Shown piece by piece: positions 62,886-64,000 of a DNA stretch of 64,000 nt. The DNA comes from Macrostomum lignano (taxonomy: Eukaryota): positions 1-64,000 of the forward strand of contig NIVC01000254.1 in the NCBI GenBank assembly GCA_002269645.1, in the 5' to 3' direction. Made by a program: the position numbers and the translations under genes. A model generated the notes under the pieces. That model saw only the letters and a list, made by a program, of their open reading frames with translations, made no database searches and had not been told where the DNA came from. Positions within the stretch are counted from its first letter, which is position 1; each line of letters opens with the position of its first letter.

Positions 62886-64000
62886 TTAACCAATCACACC
62901 CCAACAGCGAAAGAGACGAACAGCGGGCAGGCAAAGGTCTATGGCCCGAAGCAGCGCGAGAGGTTGGGAAAGCGACCCCGTAGTAACGATAAGTTTATTT
63001 TGCAAGCAAACGAGATTAAAAGAAAAAGAATGTGCTTAAAAAAATTTTGAGCTGCAAAGCCAAAGCGAGCGACGGGGCACAGAGGGCGGCGTGCAAATAA
63101 ATAAGCGGGTGAGCAAACCCCTCCCCCACCTCACGGGGGGTAGAGAGGACGGAGCACAAAGGCGGCACAATGTACAGCGCGAGGGGTGGATGGCTAACAC
63201 CCATTTCACTCCAGGCTCACAAAAGAGCCTAAGAGAAATGGAGGCATTAACCAATCACACCCCAACAGCGAAAGAGACGAACAGCGGGCAGGCAAAGGTC
63301 TATGGCCCGAAGCAGCGCGAGAGGTGGGGAAAGCGACCCCAACCCCGAAAAAAAGGAGGAGAAAAGGAGAGAACAGGAAGATAAAAGCAAGGAGGCAGCA
63401 AAAGTAAGCGAAACCAGGCCACGAACGCCAAGGTAAAACGCCAAAGGGTCAATAAAACGAGCGAGTAAGCAGTCAAGAGGCCAGGCAGGCAGCGACCTGC
63501 CGAGCTGCTGCCCGACGGCGGGCAAATGACGCCTCATCAGAGAAATACCGAAAGACGCAGTCTGAACGCAAGTCGCCCATGCAACGGATGTCGGCGATTG
63601 AGAGGCCTGACTGAAAGGCAGCGCTGGCCCCGCCTCTACGCAGACTGTGACCCGAGAAGCCGCACTCGCCAAAGCCGCACATAGACATGCCCCGCTTTAG
63701 GAGCCGGATGAACATAGCGGCAGACAAGAGAGTCCGGCCGCGGCTGCCTAGGACAGAAAACAGGGGCTGCCGCGGTCCGTAGATTTGATTCTCGCGCAGA
63801 TCAGTTGCTAGTGCGGAAGCGGGACAGATAAGCAGGCATTCAGAGGCCTGCGGCAGAAATACTTCCAGTTGCCGCTCCTTGAATTGGTTTGTCTTTGACC
63901 TGTTGAGCACCAGCCGCAGACCACCGGGGCACGCTGATAGGCAGCTCCGGGGAAGAGCGTCCGCAGCGGTGGATGGTAAGAGCTCGCCGAGCCTAAGGAC
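62886..64000 (-). mobile_element. Tyrosine-recombinase retrotransposon (DIRS order, Ngaro-like), 3' end with split direct repeats
   Basis: YR C-terminus FSGHSLRRGGASAAF..MGDLRSDCVFRY (63473-63910). A 94-bp direct repeat at 62886-62979 and 63247-63340 (1 mismatch) flanks a 267-bp segment ending in AATAAA on the minus strand. Confidence 0.85.

Overview
Intron-rich, repeat-dense animal genomic DNA. The style (GC-rich exons, a different minisatellite in nearly every intron) suggests a flatworm such as Macrostomum, but that is inference. No prokaryotic features or CRISPR arrays were seen. Host genes reconstructed by hand from splice sites: the 3' three exons of a D2-like dopamine GPCR (+, 1151-6856), a C2H2 zinc-finger gene (+, ~11941-13875), a complete UBE2M/Ubc12 (-, 21299-19091) and a tandem cluster of three paralogous type I membrane proteins (+, 29040-61166). 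These have a signal peptide, 4-5 CUB domains, 1-2 copies of a two-exon Cys-containing domain I cannot assign, a VWExPLL-TM segment and a short tail ending in a Tyr-motif micro-exon. One paralog is a pseudogene, one has an intact 898-aa frame and one carries a nonsense codon. Mobile elements: two head-to-head Penelope fragments each ending in a minimal hammerhead ribozyme motif, an RTE-like LINE, a 5'-deleted Gypsy element, a solo LTR, a Charlie-type hAT transposon, MULE/hAT/TA-targeting MITEs, tRNA-derived SINEs, a Helitron 5' fragment and the 3' end of a tyrosine-recombinase (Ngaro-like) element. Best leads: the diversifying CUB receptor family with intronic relic exons, the paired hammerheads, locally templated junction inserts, and minisatellites built from splice-signal or telomere-like words. 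All coordinates were read by eye; array boundaries are approximate.
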